DNA of 63,286 nt, filler included, from Octopus bimaculoides (Eukaryota), in NCBI RefSeq assembly GCF_001194135.2. It is 5 parts of 5 records of this genome, joined end to end, with 100 filler letters (N's around TTAATTAATTAA, not from the genome) between each part and the next. Parts side by side here need not be neighbours in the genome. Positions count along the whole stretch, not along the records: positions 10,545 to 36,633 come from NC_069006.1; 4 more parts are not named here. The stretch is one strand, 5' to 3'. This document shows, piece after piece, positions 11,851 through 23,601 of the stretch; the first letter of the stretch is position 1; each line of letters begins with the position of its first letter. Below the pieces are notes generated by a model, which was not told the origin of the DNA, made no database searches, and saw only the letters and a list, made by a program, of their open reading frames with translations. The position numbers were made by a program, and so were the translations under genes.

Positions 11851-12899
11851 GTCTACGTATTTTTCACTCGTTGATGATGTCCTGAAGTTGATGCATTTTA
11901 CATTTATTTATTTGTAATCGAACGCCACGAGACCTCGGCCACACTAACTTTAAGATTTCTGCGAATCTACTCTGTTTCCTTTCCTTCTTTCTCCCTCTCT
12001 ATCCCTGTATAATCCTCTTTATTTTCCGTTCCTCCCCCTCCTTCTATCTTCCATTCCTTCTCCCTTCTATCCACTCCCTTTCTTTATTTCCCTCATCCTC
12101 TCTCTTGTCCCCCTTCTCCTCTGCCTGTTTGCTACCACGTGACAACAGGCCATTTCTTTCACCTCTGTCTTTTCTTGGCGCGACGTCCACTTAGGTAAAC
12201 GCCATTTTTTCGCCTCCCGACATTTTTTCTCTCTCGTTTTCTTTTCTACTATTTTCTTTTCTTTTATTTTTTCTATANNNNNNNNNNNNNNNNNNNNNNN
12301 NNNNNNNNNNNNNNNNNNNNNNNNNNNNNNNNNNNNNNNNNNNNNNNNNNNNNNNNNNNNNNNNNNNNNNNNNNNNNNNNNNNNNNNNNNNNNNNNNNNN
12401 NNNNNNNNNNNNNNNNNNNNNNNNNNNNNNNNNNNNNNNNNNNNNNNNNNNNNNNNNNNNNNNNNNNNNNNNNNNNNNNNNNNNNNNNNNNNNNNNNNNN
12501 NNNNNNNNNNNNNNNNNNNNNNNNNNNNNNNNNNNNNNNNNNNNNNNNNNNNNNNNNNNNNNNNNNNNNNNNNNNNNNNNNNNNNNNNNNNNNNNNNNNN
12601 NNNNNNNNNNNNNNNNNNNNNNNNNNNNNNNNNNNNNNNNNNNNNNNNNNNNNNNNNNNNNNNNNNNNNNNNNNNNNNNNNNNNNNNNNNNNNNNNNNNN
12701 NNNNNNNNNNNNNNNNNNNNNNNNNNNNNNNNNNNNNNNNNNNNNNNNNNNNNNNNNNNNNNNNNNNNNNNNNNNNNNNNNNNNNNNNNNNNNNNNNNNN
12801 NNNNNNNNNNNNNNNNNNNNNNNNNNNNNNNNNNNNNNNNNNNNNNNNNNNNNNNNNNNNNNNNNNNNNNNNNNNNNNNNNNNNNNNNNNNNNNNNNNN

Positions 12900-12934
<35 letters not shown>

Positions 12935-12935
12935 T

Positions 12936-12974
<39 letters not shown>

Positions 12975-12976
<2 letters not shown>

Positions 12977-13198
12977 GTTTGTGTCTGTGTTTGTCCCTCA
13001 ACATCGCATGACAACCGATACTTGTGTGTTTAGGTTCCCGTCACACAGCAATTCGGCAAGAGAGACCGATAGAATAAGCAGTAGGCTTACAAAGAATAAG
13101 TCCTGGGGTCGATTTGCTCGACTAAAGGCGGTGCTCCAGCATGGCTGCAGTCAAATGACGGAAACAAATAAATGAAAAAAAAAACGAATAAAAGAAAA
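12975..13198 (+). mobile_element. SINE family C 3' half, following its internal TA/CA microsatellite
   Basis: TGTCTGTGTTTGTCCC...GACAACCGAT...GAGACCGATAGAATAAG...GGTCGATTTGCTCGACTAAAGGCGGTGCTCCAGCATGG with an A-rich end. Confidence 0.8.
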
Positions 13199-14683
13199 TC
13201 TGGAATAATTTGTCTGCCGATTTCCTCTGAATTTATATTTCTCTACGTGATTGAATAACGTAATTTCCTACGTTTACCATTCTAGAAAATTGCATCTTAA
13301 TTTAGATTAAAATAACATAAATATAATAAAATAATTGAGGTGATACTTTCTCAATTCACTGTATTAAAATTAACAATAAACAGATTATTGAATAATTCAC
13401 ACATCAGAGAGACCTGAAAAACATTCATATTAACTGCATTAAAATACAAATTACATGCGCAAATATTTACATCAGCAATACAAAAAACTTACTATAATTT
13501 GGATAATTGAAGGAACAGCAATAAAAGTAGCGACTGAGATCAAGTGGATCAACTAAAGCCCTCAATCCTGTTCTCTTGTATAGATCCTGGCTATGTTATC
13601 CCGTTTCAGTTATTAGACTGCGGCCATGCAGACTGCGGCCATACATGTATATATATANNNNNNNNNNNNNNNNNNNNNNNNNNNNNNNNNNNNNNNNNNN
13701 NNNNNNNNNNNNNNNNNNNNNNNNNNNNNNNNNNNNNNNNNNNNNNNNNNNNNNNNNNNNNNNNNNNNNNNNNNNNNNNNNNNNNNNNNNNNNNNNNNNN
13801 NNNNNNNNNNNNNNNNNNNNNNNNNNNNNNNNNNNNNNNNNNNNNNNNNNNNNNNNNNNNNNNNNNNNNNNNNNNNNNNNNNNNNNNNNNNNNNNNNNNN
13901 NNNNNNNNNNNNNNNNNNNNNNNNNNNNNNNNNNNNNNNNNNNNNNNNNNNNNNNNNNNNNNNNNNNNNNNNNNNNNNNNNNNNNNNNNNNNNNNNNNNN
14001 NNNNNNNNNNNNNNNNNNNNNNNNNNNNNNNNNNNNNNNNNNNNNNNNNNNNNNNNNNNNNNNNNNNNNNNNNNNNNNNNNNNNNNNNNNNNNNNNNNNN
14101 NNNNNNNNNNNNNNNNNNNNNNNNNNNNNNNNNNNNNNNNNNNNNNNNNNNNNNNNNNNNNNNNNNNNNNNNNNNNNNNNNNNNNNNNNNNNNNNNNNNN
14201 NNNNNNNNNNNNNNNNNNNNNNNNNNNNNNNNNNNNNNNNNNNNNNNNNNNNNNNNNNNNNNNNNNNNNNNNNNNNNNNNNNNNNNNNNNNNNNNNNNNN
14301 NNNNNNNNNNNNNNNNNNNNNNNNNNNNNNNNNNNNNNNNNNNNNNNNNNNNNNNNNNNNNNNNNNNNNNNNNNNNNNNNNNNNNNNNNNNNNNNNNNNN
14401 NNNNNNNNNNNNNNNNNNNNNNNNNNNNNNNNNNNNNNNNNNNNNNNNNNNNNNNNNNNNNNNNNNNNNNNNNNNNNNNNNNNNNNNNNNNNNNNNNNNN
14501 NNNNNNNNNNNNNNNTATATGAAATATATATACATATATATATATTTATATATATATACATATATATACTTACATATACATATATATACACACACACTCA
14601 CACACACACACACATATATATATTCGTGCATACTCATATTCATATCTAACTATATAAAAAGAGAGACACACACATGTATATAC

Positions 14684-14714
<31 letters not shown>

Positions 14715-14998
14715 GACAGTGCATTTAACTAAAGGCTAATTCAAACTTATTTTCCTAATTACCTTGCTGAGCAGGAAACTAAAAACTGCAAACTCCATAA
14801 ACAACAGCAAAGAATTTTTACAAAATTCTCTAAAAACACAATTAATCACCACCTAATCCTTCCGCCTCACTGCATCGTACTACCACTTCGCCCCCTCCCA
14901 CCAGATTCCCCCAGAACCTACCTAATTAAAGACAGAGAATCAAATAATTGTTAACTGCAATCATTGACTTTAATTAACGTGTGAAGTGTTACACCAAA

Positions 14999-15012
14999 TA
15001 AAGAAAGAAGGA

Positions 15013-15051
<39 letters not shown>

Positions 15052-15226
15052 GAAAGAAGAAAGATAGAAAGAAAGAAGGAAGGAAAGGGAGAAAGAAAGG
15101 AAGAAAATTACTTCCGTCGAAACAAACTTGAAGATAAGTTTGACGACAAATTATTTTACACAACTTAAACTGAACGATGTATTTTGACCTATATTTACCT
15201 TGTTGCTACTACTACTACTACTACTT

Positions 15227-15266
<40 letters not shown>

Positions 15267-15332
15267 TACTACTACTACTACTACTTCTACTACTACTACT
15301 ACTACTACTACTACTGCTGCTGCTGTTAGTAT

Positions 15333-15378
<46 letters not shown>
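14999..15378. repeat. (AAAG)n tract at 14999-15105 and (ACT)n tract at 15207-15378
   Basis: Visible simple repeats; they produce the poly-T and poly-L ORFs in the track. Confidence 0.95.
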
Positions 15379-16510
15379 GTTACCGCTACTACTATCTGTA
15401 GCTGCTTAGCTGTTATCTAACTGATCTACTATCTGGAAAAACACCCAGACCAAGATTTTATACACACGCACAAACACAAACACACACACACACACACAAA
15501 TACACACAAACACATATAAAGATGCTTAATCAATAATAATAATANNNNNNNNNNNNNNNNNNNNNNNNNNNNNNNNNNNNNNNNNNNNNNNNNNNNNNNN
15601 NNNNNNNNNNNNNNNNNNNNNNNNNNNNNNNNNNNNNNNNNNNNNNNNNNNNNNNNNNNNNNNNNNNNNNNNNNNNNNNNNNNNNNNNNNNNNNNNNNNN
15701 NNNNNNNNNNNNNNNNNNNNNNNNNNNNNNNNNNNNNNNNNNNNNNNNNNNNNNNNNNNNNNNNNNNNNNNNNNNNNNNNNNNNNNNNNNNNNNNNNNNN
15801 NNNNNNNNNNNNNNNNNNNNNNNNNNNNNNNNNNNNNNNNNNNNNNNNNNNNNNNNNNNNNNNNNNNNNNNNNNNNNNNNNNNNNNNNNNNNNNNNNNNN
15901 NNNNNNNNNNNNNNNNNNNNNNNNNNNNNNNNNNNNNNNNNNNNNNNNNNNNNNNNNNNNNNNNNNNNNNNNNNNNNNNNNNNNNNNNNNNNNNNNNNNN
16001 NNNNNNNNNNNNNNNNNNNNNNNNNNNNNNNNNNNNNNNNNNNNNNNNNNNNNNNNNNNNNNNNNNNNNNNNNNNNNNNNNNNNNNNNNNNNNNNNNNNN
16101 NNNNNNNNNNNNNNNNNNNNNNNNNNNNNNNNNNNNNNNNNNNNNNNNNNNNNNNNNNNNNNNNNNNNNNNNNNNNNNNNNNNNNNNNNNNNNNNNNNNN
16201 NNNNNNNNNNNNNNNNNNNNNNNNNNNNNNNNNNNNNNNNNNNNNNNNNNNNNNNNNNNNNNNNNNNNNNNNNNNNNNNNNNNNNNNNNNNNNNNNNNNN
16301 NNNNNNNNNNNNNNNNNNNNNNNNNNNNNNNNNNNNNNNNNNNNNNNNNNNNNNNNNNNNNNNNNNNNNNNNNNNNNNNNNNNNNNNNNNNNNNNNNNNN
16401 NNNNNNNNNNNNNNNNNNNNNNNNNNNNNNNNNNNNNNNNNNNNNNNNNNNNNNNNNNNNNNNNNNNNNNNNNNNNNNNNNNNNNNNNNNNNNNNNNNNN
16501 NNNNNNNNNN

Positions 16511-16638
<128 letters not shown>

Positions 16639-16641
16639 ATA

Positions 16642-17063
16642 CAGGGTTATTAAAAAAGAACGAACTGATTTCATTACCCAATGTTTTAATAAAGAAAAGC
16701 AATAGAAAACTCCAGCTAAGTCACCAGTATTTACTCACAATCAACTTTTATTTCCTCTCAGTGGCCACCACCTACAGCACGGACAACATCGATGCGATAA
16801 GAGAATTCCTCCCAGACGCATATCAGCATATCACGATCCACTGAGTTGATCGCTGTTCTGTGATTTTTTCTTGTGGGGATATGTAAAAGATTGAACCTGT
16901 AGCAACACCATTTGAATTACCCTTTGCAACCAACTTTAGAACACAGTTATTTACGCTTTTCATTAACAACAGTTCATTAGCAACAGTTAATCCACATAGT
17001 TTTTTAAAATGTCTATATTATATTTCTTTAAAATTTCGATGTACTTTATTCTTTCGGGCATTG
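16642..17063 (+). mobile_element. Tc1/mariner remnant, probably the maT (DD37D-type) group, heavily deleted
   Basis: Starts TA|CAGGGTTATTAAAAAAGAA (TIR-like). 16831-16891 reads, with a frameshift, SRSTELIA-CDFFLWGYVKD, resembling the motif PRSPDLTPCDFFLWGYVK. The right end is degenerate. Confidence 0.55.
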
Positions 17064-17360
17064 TACTGGTGTCAATTTTTTTCTTCCACCACTCGCAGTC
17101 ACAATATTTCATATACTTATGCAACTTCCACAGGTTCTCCGGGTACGTCAGCACCCAATAATTGTTCTAGGGCAGACCCCTTACATCTGCTACATCCACC
17201 TTGACTACTACTCCCACGAATTTACCTCATTATCCAGTTCCTCATCCTGTCCATTGTACGTCAATACATATTTTTCCTTACAGGGTGGGTGTGGGTAAAT
17301 TTGTGGCTCATGTGTGTTTTTTTTTTGTTTTTTTTTTTGTCAGACTGAGCATGGGGACAT

Positions 17361-17569
17361 GTGGCGAGCTGGCAGGAACGTTAGCACGCCGGGCGAAATG
17401 TGTAGCGGTCTTTCGTCTGCCTTTACGTTTTGAGTTCAAATTCCGCCGAGGTCGACTTTGCCTTTCATCTTTTCTGTATTGATTAAGTACCAGTTGCGTA
17501 ATGGAGTCGATCTAATTGACTGCCCCTCCCCCAAAATTTTCGGGCCTTGTGCCGAGAATAGAAAAGATT
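17361..17569 (+). mobile_element. SINE family A
   Basis: GGCGAGCTGGCAGGAACGTTAGCACGCCGGGCG (A-box), GAGTTCAAATTCC (B-box), then core and tail. Confidence 0.9.
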
Positions 17570-17618
17570 GGTACGGAGTAATCGGGGACGGGTGGGTGCG
17601 GGTTGGGATCATTCTTTA

Positions 17619-18173
17619 TCACATGTGCCCTCTTCTTTTTCTTTTCTGCTTCTCTGCTGTCTCCCAGTTGTCGTTTGTCTCTTCTTCCTCAATGCTGGTA
17701 CTTGTCTTCCTATGTAGTATCATGTCTTTTTCCTCCGCGGGCTGTGGAGCGCCCACCACTTTTTCATTCTCCTCGGCCTTTTCCTGTGATGGAGGGCACT
17801 CCGCTCTAATGTGACCCTTCAGACCACATTTATCGCACCGCGCAATTCTTCCCTCCACTCTAACTTTCAAGGTAGTTTCTCCGACTGAGATATTTTCTAT
17901 AATCTTCTCTAGGTCCTCCTCCACGACCTGTACCACTAGTTCAAGGGTTTGTCATTTCCAATTCCTATGGGACCCCCTGATGGCCTGCAGGACCACCACC
18001 TTCTCTTCCATGTCCAGCAGTATGGCAGCCACCAGCCAGGTCACATTCACTTCTGGTGGTGTCTTCCACGTGAACCTGGACGTACGTCTCCCAAGGTACT
18101 CGGGTAGAACCGCCACCTCGTCTGACTTCAGCGATGTGGCTGAGTACAGTCTGGCAGTTGTTATCTCCTTAAA
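17619..18173 (-). pseudogene. Retrotransposon ORF1/gag-like fragment with CCHC zinc knuckle
   Basis: One frame runs 18173 to 17619 with a single in-frame TGA (17952-17954): ...WLVAAILLDMEEKVVVLQAIRGSHRNWK*QTLELVVQV...VEGRIARCDKCGLKGHIRAECPP...WETAEKQKRKRR. It contains CX2CX4HX4C followed by an acidic then basic tail, and is bounded by SINEs. Confidence 0.75.
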
Positions 18174-18186
18174 CTACACCTCCACC

Positions 18187-18680
18187 TTCGCCCGGCGTGC
18201 TAACGATTCTGCCAGCTCGCCGCCTTAATAATAAAAACAATGGTTTTAAATTTTGGCGAAGGAACAGCAGTTTTTGAGGGGATGGTTAAGTTGATTTCGT
18301 TGATCTAGCACTTGATTGTACTCTCTTTCCCCGCCCCCGAAAGGATGCGAAACGCAAAGTTGACCCTAGGAAGATCTGATATCAGAACGTAAAGGGCTGA
18401 AATATACCTCAAAGCATATTTCTGGCGCTCAACCGGATCTGCCAATTTATTGACCCTGATAACACTTCATTTTGATTCAGGCAAAGGACGAGCAATACTC
18501 TGGTTGGGGGTGAAGATTGCATAGACCTCAGTTCATGACTGCTACATTGTTTTATCGACCACAAAACAACGAAAGACAAAGTTGATCTCGGCGAAATTTG
18601 AACTCAAAACATAAAGAGCCAGAAAGAAAGCCCCTTAGCCTTTTGTCCGGCGTGCTAAAATTTCTACCAGCTCACCTCTT
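18187..18680 (-). mobile_element. Cluster of three SINE family A remnants
   Basis: Head fragment CGCCCGGCGTGCTAACGATTCTGCCAGCTCGCCGCC at 18189-18225, plus two older copies at about 18240-18450 and 18480-18680. Confidence 0.75.
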
Positions 18681-19134
18681 TATATCGCAAACTATATTAT
18701 CCAAATATACCTCTAAATTTTCAAAACGATAAAGCGGACGTCGAAGTTGATTTGTTCACCATTTCTAGCAGATTGGAAAATGAAAGAAGCTCTCTTAAAA
18801 CACGAAACTTCTGCATGTTCTGCAGATTGTACATGTGCGTGTATTTATACACACACACACACACACACACATTGTGAGCTATGCGGTAAGAGAGGGAGAG
18901 AGAGAGATGGCGTGTTGATATTCTAATGCAGCCTGTGTGTGTGTTTATGTTGTTGTTATCAATTTCCGCCATGTTTACTTTATATTCTCTTATTTTATCA
19001 TGACGAGTGACTTGAGACGACAAATCCGGTTTAACCAACCTTGAAGATAACGGCTGAACAACAATCAATCAATTATCGTTTTTGTTGTTGTCGCTGTTCT
19101 CTTACTTCTGTTGCTACTCCTTATTGTTATTACA

Positions 19135-19313
19135 CAAGGAAGCGAACTGGTAGAATTCGTTAGCAGCCTGAACAAAATAGTTAGCGGCATTTCTCCCGGT
19201 TCTACGTTCGGTGCTCAAATTCCGCCGTGATCGACTTCGCATTTCATCTTTTCGGAGTTGAAGCAAGTACCAGTCAAGTACTGAAGTCAATGCAATCGAC
19301 TACCCCCCCCCCC
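19135..19313 (+). mobile_element. SINE family A, running into a gap
   Basis: GCGAACTGGTAGAATTCGTTAGC...CTCAAATTCCGCC...AAGTACCAG. Confidence 0.8.
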
Positions 19314-20344
19314 NNNNNNNNNNNNNNNNNNNNNNNNNNNNNNNNNNNNNNNNNNNNNNNNNNNNNNNNNNNNNNNNNNNNNNNNNNNNNNNNNNNNNNN
19401 NNNNNNNNNNNNNNNNNNNNNNNNNNNNNNNNNNNNNNNNNNNNNNNNNNNNNNNNNNNNNNNNNNNNNNNNNNNNNNNNNNNNNNNNNNNNNNNNNNNN
19501 NNNNNNNNNNNNNNNNNNNNNNNNNNNNNNNNNNNNNNNNNNNNNNNNNNNNNNNNNNNNNNNNNNNNNNNNNNNNNNNNNNNNNNNNNNNNNNNNNNNN
19601 NNNNNNNNNNNNNNNNNNNNNNNNNNNNNNNNNNNNNNNNNNNNNNNNNNNNNNNNNNNNNNNNNNNNNNNNNNNNNNNNNNNNNNNNNNNNNNNNNNNN
19701 NNNNNNNNNNNNNNNNNNNNNNNNNNNNNNNNNNNNNNNNNNNNNNNNNNNNNNNNNNNNNNNNNNNNNNNNNNNNNNNNNNNNNNNNNNNNNNNNNNNN
19801 NNNNNNNNNNNNNNNNNNNNNNNNNNNNNNNNNNNNNNNNNNNNNNNNNNNNNNNNNNNNNNNNNNNNNNNNNNNNNNNNNNNNNNNNNNNNNNNNNNNN
19901 NNNNNNNNNNNNNNNNNNNNNNNNNNNNNNNNNNNNNNNNNNNNNNNNNNNNNNNNNNNNNNNNNNNNNNNNNNNNNNNNNNNNNNNNNNNNNNNNNNNN
20001 NNNNNNNNNNNNNNNNNNNNNNNNNNNNNNNNNNNNNNNNNNNNNNNNNNNNNNNNNNNNNNNNNNNAGTTGTCCGAAAACCCTGAGCTCACATCCTCTC
20101 ACATTTATGGTAATTTCAAAAATGCAGACGCTTTAACTTATTGTTGGCCTTAAAATAAGACCAGTCAGATTTTATGCTGATTGAAAACTTGTTACAGAAG
20201 GACCAACATCAAGAAATGAGAGAGAATTTTGTAGAACACGTCGGTAGCGTTTCTGTGTCGACGAAAGCTCATTAGTTCGGGTTGGCGTTGGGGCAACTTC
20301 TGATCTGTTTCTAGAACTCCTTTACATCTGAATAAACTAGAGCA

Positions 20345-20450
20345 ACTTAAAGTGCTACGTTGACGAACACAACGCTACATCCGGTTGGGGAATTCAAACC
20401 ACAATCACACAATTGCGTGTAAAACAACTTAACCATTAGACTGGCCACGT
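20345..20450 (-). mobile_element. Degenerate SINE tRNA-like head
   Basis: Minus strand: GTGGCCAGTCTAATGGTTAAG...GGTTTGAATTCCCC...GCGTTGTGTTC. Confidence 0.5.
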
Positions 20451-21174
20451 TTTCGTGACACAAAATTAGAAGTATGACTAGCGAAACGAAACCGATCAAG
20501 TTATCGCTGAAGAGAACGAAGCTTATAACTATACAGGAGAATATGGTGAAAAAGTAGTTAATACCAGAAAAATTTAATGGAATGTATACGCCACAGTTCA
20601 TGGAAATAAGATCAGAAAGTTTCGGGTTCAATCCCTCCCCAGGAAGCACTTCAAAACCAGCGAAAGGATACCTACGAGTATTAATCTGGATGGGTCTGGT
20701 TGTCTTAGGATATCGGGAACGAACGGGCTGAAACCTGAATCATTTGCTTGACGGGAGTTCTTCCTCTGAAGATTTCTCCGTTCGACTCGTAGCGAGTCTC
20801 TGCTTACAAGAAAAAAGTTCAATGCGTTTATGATGAAATGGTAAAGATGTTCCGCTTTCCATATATAGAAATTTAAACCAACAAAAATGTTAAAAGAAAT
20901 TGTTGGGAAGAATACGAAGAACGAAAAACTCTTCCTTCAATTATTAAATAGGTTTTGGTTATGTAAATACGACAGAGCCTGCATTGAGTTAACAATGTCA
21001 TGCATGGTTAAAATCTTCGATAAAAGAAGTATAGGAAAGAATACGGGATAGTTTATTTATCTCGGCACCGGAGACACTTTGAGGTCGTTTATCGAGTCCC
21101 CCTGCTGTATAAACGTATAGGTGGTCGAGATTACGACATATCACTGAACGGACGACAGCCCGTTACAGGGATTA

Positions 21175-21376
21175 AGGTCAGAAATCCTTTGACGAGAGGG
21201 AGCAAATCCATTACACCGATTCTAATACTTGACTAATGCGTTCATCTTATCGATCCCGGAGACATGAAATGCAAAGGTTGATCTTGGAAGGATTCGAACT
21301 CTCGACGTAAAGACCCGGAAGAAATGCCACTAAGCGTTTTGTCCGACGTGCCAATTATTCTACCCGCTCGCCGCTT
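21175..21376 (-). mobile_element. SINE family A, old copy
   Basis: Minus strand: GGCGAGCGGGTAGAAT head and GAGTTCGAATCC B-box. Confidence 0.75.
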
Positions 21377-22141
21377 TATAGAGTAGTTGAACAATTTCAA
21401 AGAGTAGACATGAAGAAAGAAACAACATATGAAGTCTGTTGAGAGCCGGAAAGACTGGAGGCTGTTCTGTCTCTTGCTGTGGACTTACGACGTCCGTATT
21501 CTGTAGATTCTGACAAAAATGTTTTAAAATAGCGTTTAAGGCTACAAGAAAAACAAAACAACCATAGAAAAAGATGTATCTGTCGTCTTATGATAGATTT
21601 TCCACAGAAAAATATCGTCGGTTTCAAAAACAGAGTGTTTATGTGAAAGTACACGGAGGTAGAACTTGATCTTTTCGTGTACCCTGCAGAATTCGTTTGT
21701 CGTCTGATTTACAGCAGAGAAGCCGAGGATATCCACATTTTTTCCCCCGGGAAAATATTTTGGGCTGTGAAAGTACACGCTAATAAAAGTTCATTTTTTT
21801 ATATGTAATCTGTGGACTTAGTCGAGTTTCATCTTTTCTGGTTTAAATCGTAGAGGCCGAGGGATGTACGACTTTTTTTTCCTATTCTGGGAGCATATTT
21901 TGCTGTTCCTGACTTGTACTCGTTCGGGAGTGATGAGAAACTTTCCTTTGTCCCAAAATGCAAGTTTCTCTTGTGGTCGCACATAGGGTAGAATGTATTT
22001 TTCTGGGTAAGGATCTTCAGGTACTGATCGAAGAGTTATGCAAGAACAAATTGGACCCATCTTGAAAAGCAATTTTCTTTTTAGTTTTTTACTTAAAAAG
22101 AAAGAAATAAAGAACACTTTCCCCTTGTCTCTCTTCCACAG

Positions 22142-22416
22142 AAAGTTCCATTTACATTACGTTTGGTTCTTCTATTCGAAGAGTGAAGAAAAAACTTCTA
22201 TACTCTTCCTCGTGCTCACAAGAATTGTCTTTATAGAAGTTCGCCTTTGGATTTACAGATGTAGAAAAAAATTGTTCACTTACACAAAATTTTGTAAAGA
22301 TGAATTCAAAACGCAGGAATTTGGTCTTTATAAAGGACGAAGGAGAATCTAATTCTTGGAACGAAGGTGACGCAGCTTATTATATTTGCACAGCATGTTT
22401 TTGTCCTGTTGGCTTT
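22142..22416 (+). CDS. Candidate first coding exon of an unidentified gene (ATG at 22300)
   Basis: Strong acceptor CCCCTTGTCTCTCTTCCACAG| (22141), donor TTT|GTGAGT (22417) and an upstream donor TGG|GTAAGG (22007). AAAGATG opens 39 codons: MNSKRRNLVFIKDEGESNSWNEGDAAYYICTACFCPVGF. Confidence 0.35.
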
Positions 22417-22694
22417 GTGAGTTTTCGGTGCATGTATCTGTGTATGTATATCTGTCCGTACGTATATATGTAAGTGCGTGGATGTTCGTTTATCTGTAGA
22501 TAATTCTGCTTGTGTGAATGCGTGAGTGTGACATTTATCTTTTACTTGTTTCAGCCATTGGACTTTGGCATCCTAGGGTACCACCTTGAATAATATCGCC
22601 AAACAAATCGATCCTGTTGTTTATTTTTTATGTTTGGTACTCATTGTATCAGACATAAAGCAATCAAAGACGCATGTCTGTATACACACACACA

Positions 22695-22775
<81 letters not shown>

Positions 22776-22785
22776 NNNNNNNNNN

Positions 22786-22824
<39 letters not shown>

Positions 22825-23099
22825 CTGAGCGTGCACGTATGTATATCTAGTCTAGTGGTGGTCTGCACTTGAGTAGGTCTGGGGCACGTGAACCTTCTCC
22901 GTAACTCTCTGTACACCCCAGAGAGTACCCTCCCCGGCCGCCGTTAAATATACTACTGGAATTTCGACTAACATGAGGTTTCTCGTTGCCCTCTCCAGGT
23001 AAGTGGTATTTGAACTCAGAATATAGATAGCACGCCGGAGGATATACCGTAAATCATCTCTGCGGACGCGCCAAGGACTCTGCCGCTCTCATACCCGGA

Positions 23100-23547
23100 G
23101 AGAAACGTGAAATGAAATGCTTAGATCAAGAACACAACGCGCCAGCCGGTCCGAAGACCGAAACCAACACCTAGCGAACGCGACTGCGACACCCTAGGCA
23201 CTAAGCCAAGTGCTTTTACACACACATACAATGCAAACACACACACACACGTGTATATGTATGATCTAACCATTAAGCCACGCGCCTTTACATACACACA
23301 CACAAACACAAACACGCACACACACAAACACAGACACACACATACATATATATGTATACACGAACACACACACATATGTGTGTGTATTATTAACTTCTAC
23401 ACTGTTTCCAACAGCCAAATTCACTAAAAGGTTGTTAGAAGATCTGCAGCTAAGAAACACTCGCATAAGATGCCGCGCTGTGAGACTGAACACGAAACCA
23501 CGCGGTTGTAAGGCGAGGTCATTAATCACGCAGTCACCCCTGCGTCT
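23100..23547 (-). mobile_element. SINE family C 5' half (23385-23547) with microsatellite, plus a family B head (23100-23215)
   Basis: Minus strand: GCAGGGGTGACTGCGTGATTAA...GTGAATTTGGCTGTTGGAAAC then a TG/TA tract; second head CACTTGGCTTAGTGCCTAGGGTGTC. Confidence 0.65.
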
Positions 23548-23566
23548 ATGAATGCATCTCTCTCTC

Positions 23567-23601
<35 letters not shown>

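Noticed and set aside
20347-20649. Hydrophobic 100-aa minus ORF resembling a membrane protein
   Set aside because: Its C-terminal third lies in a SINE head, hydrophobicity follows from T-richness, and there is no good start or splice context.
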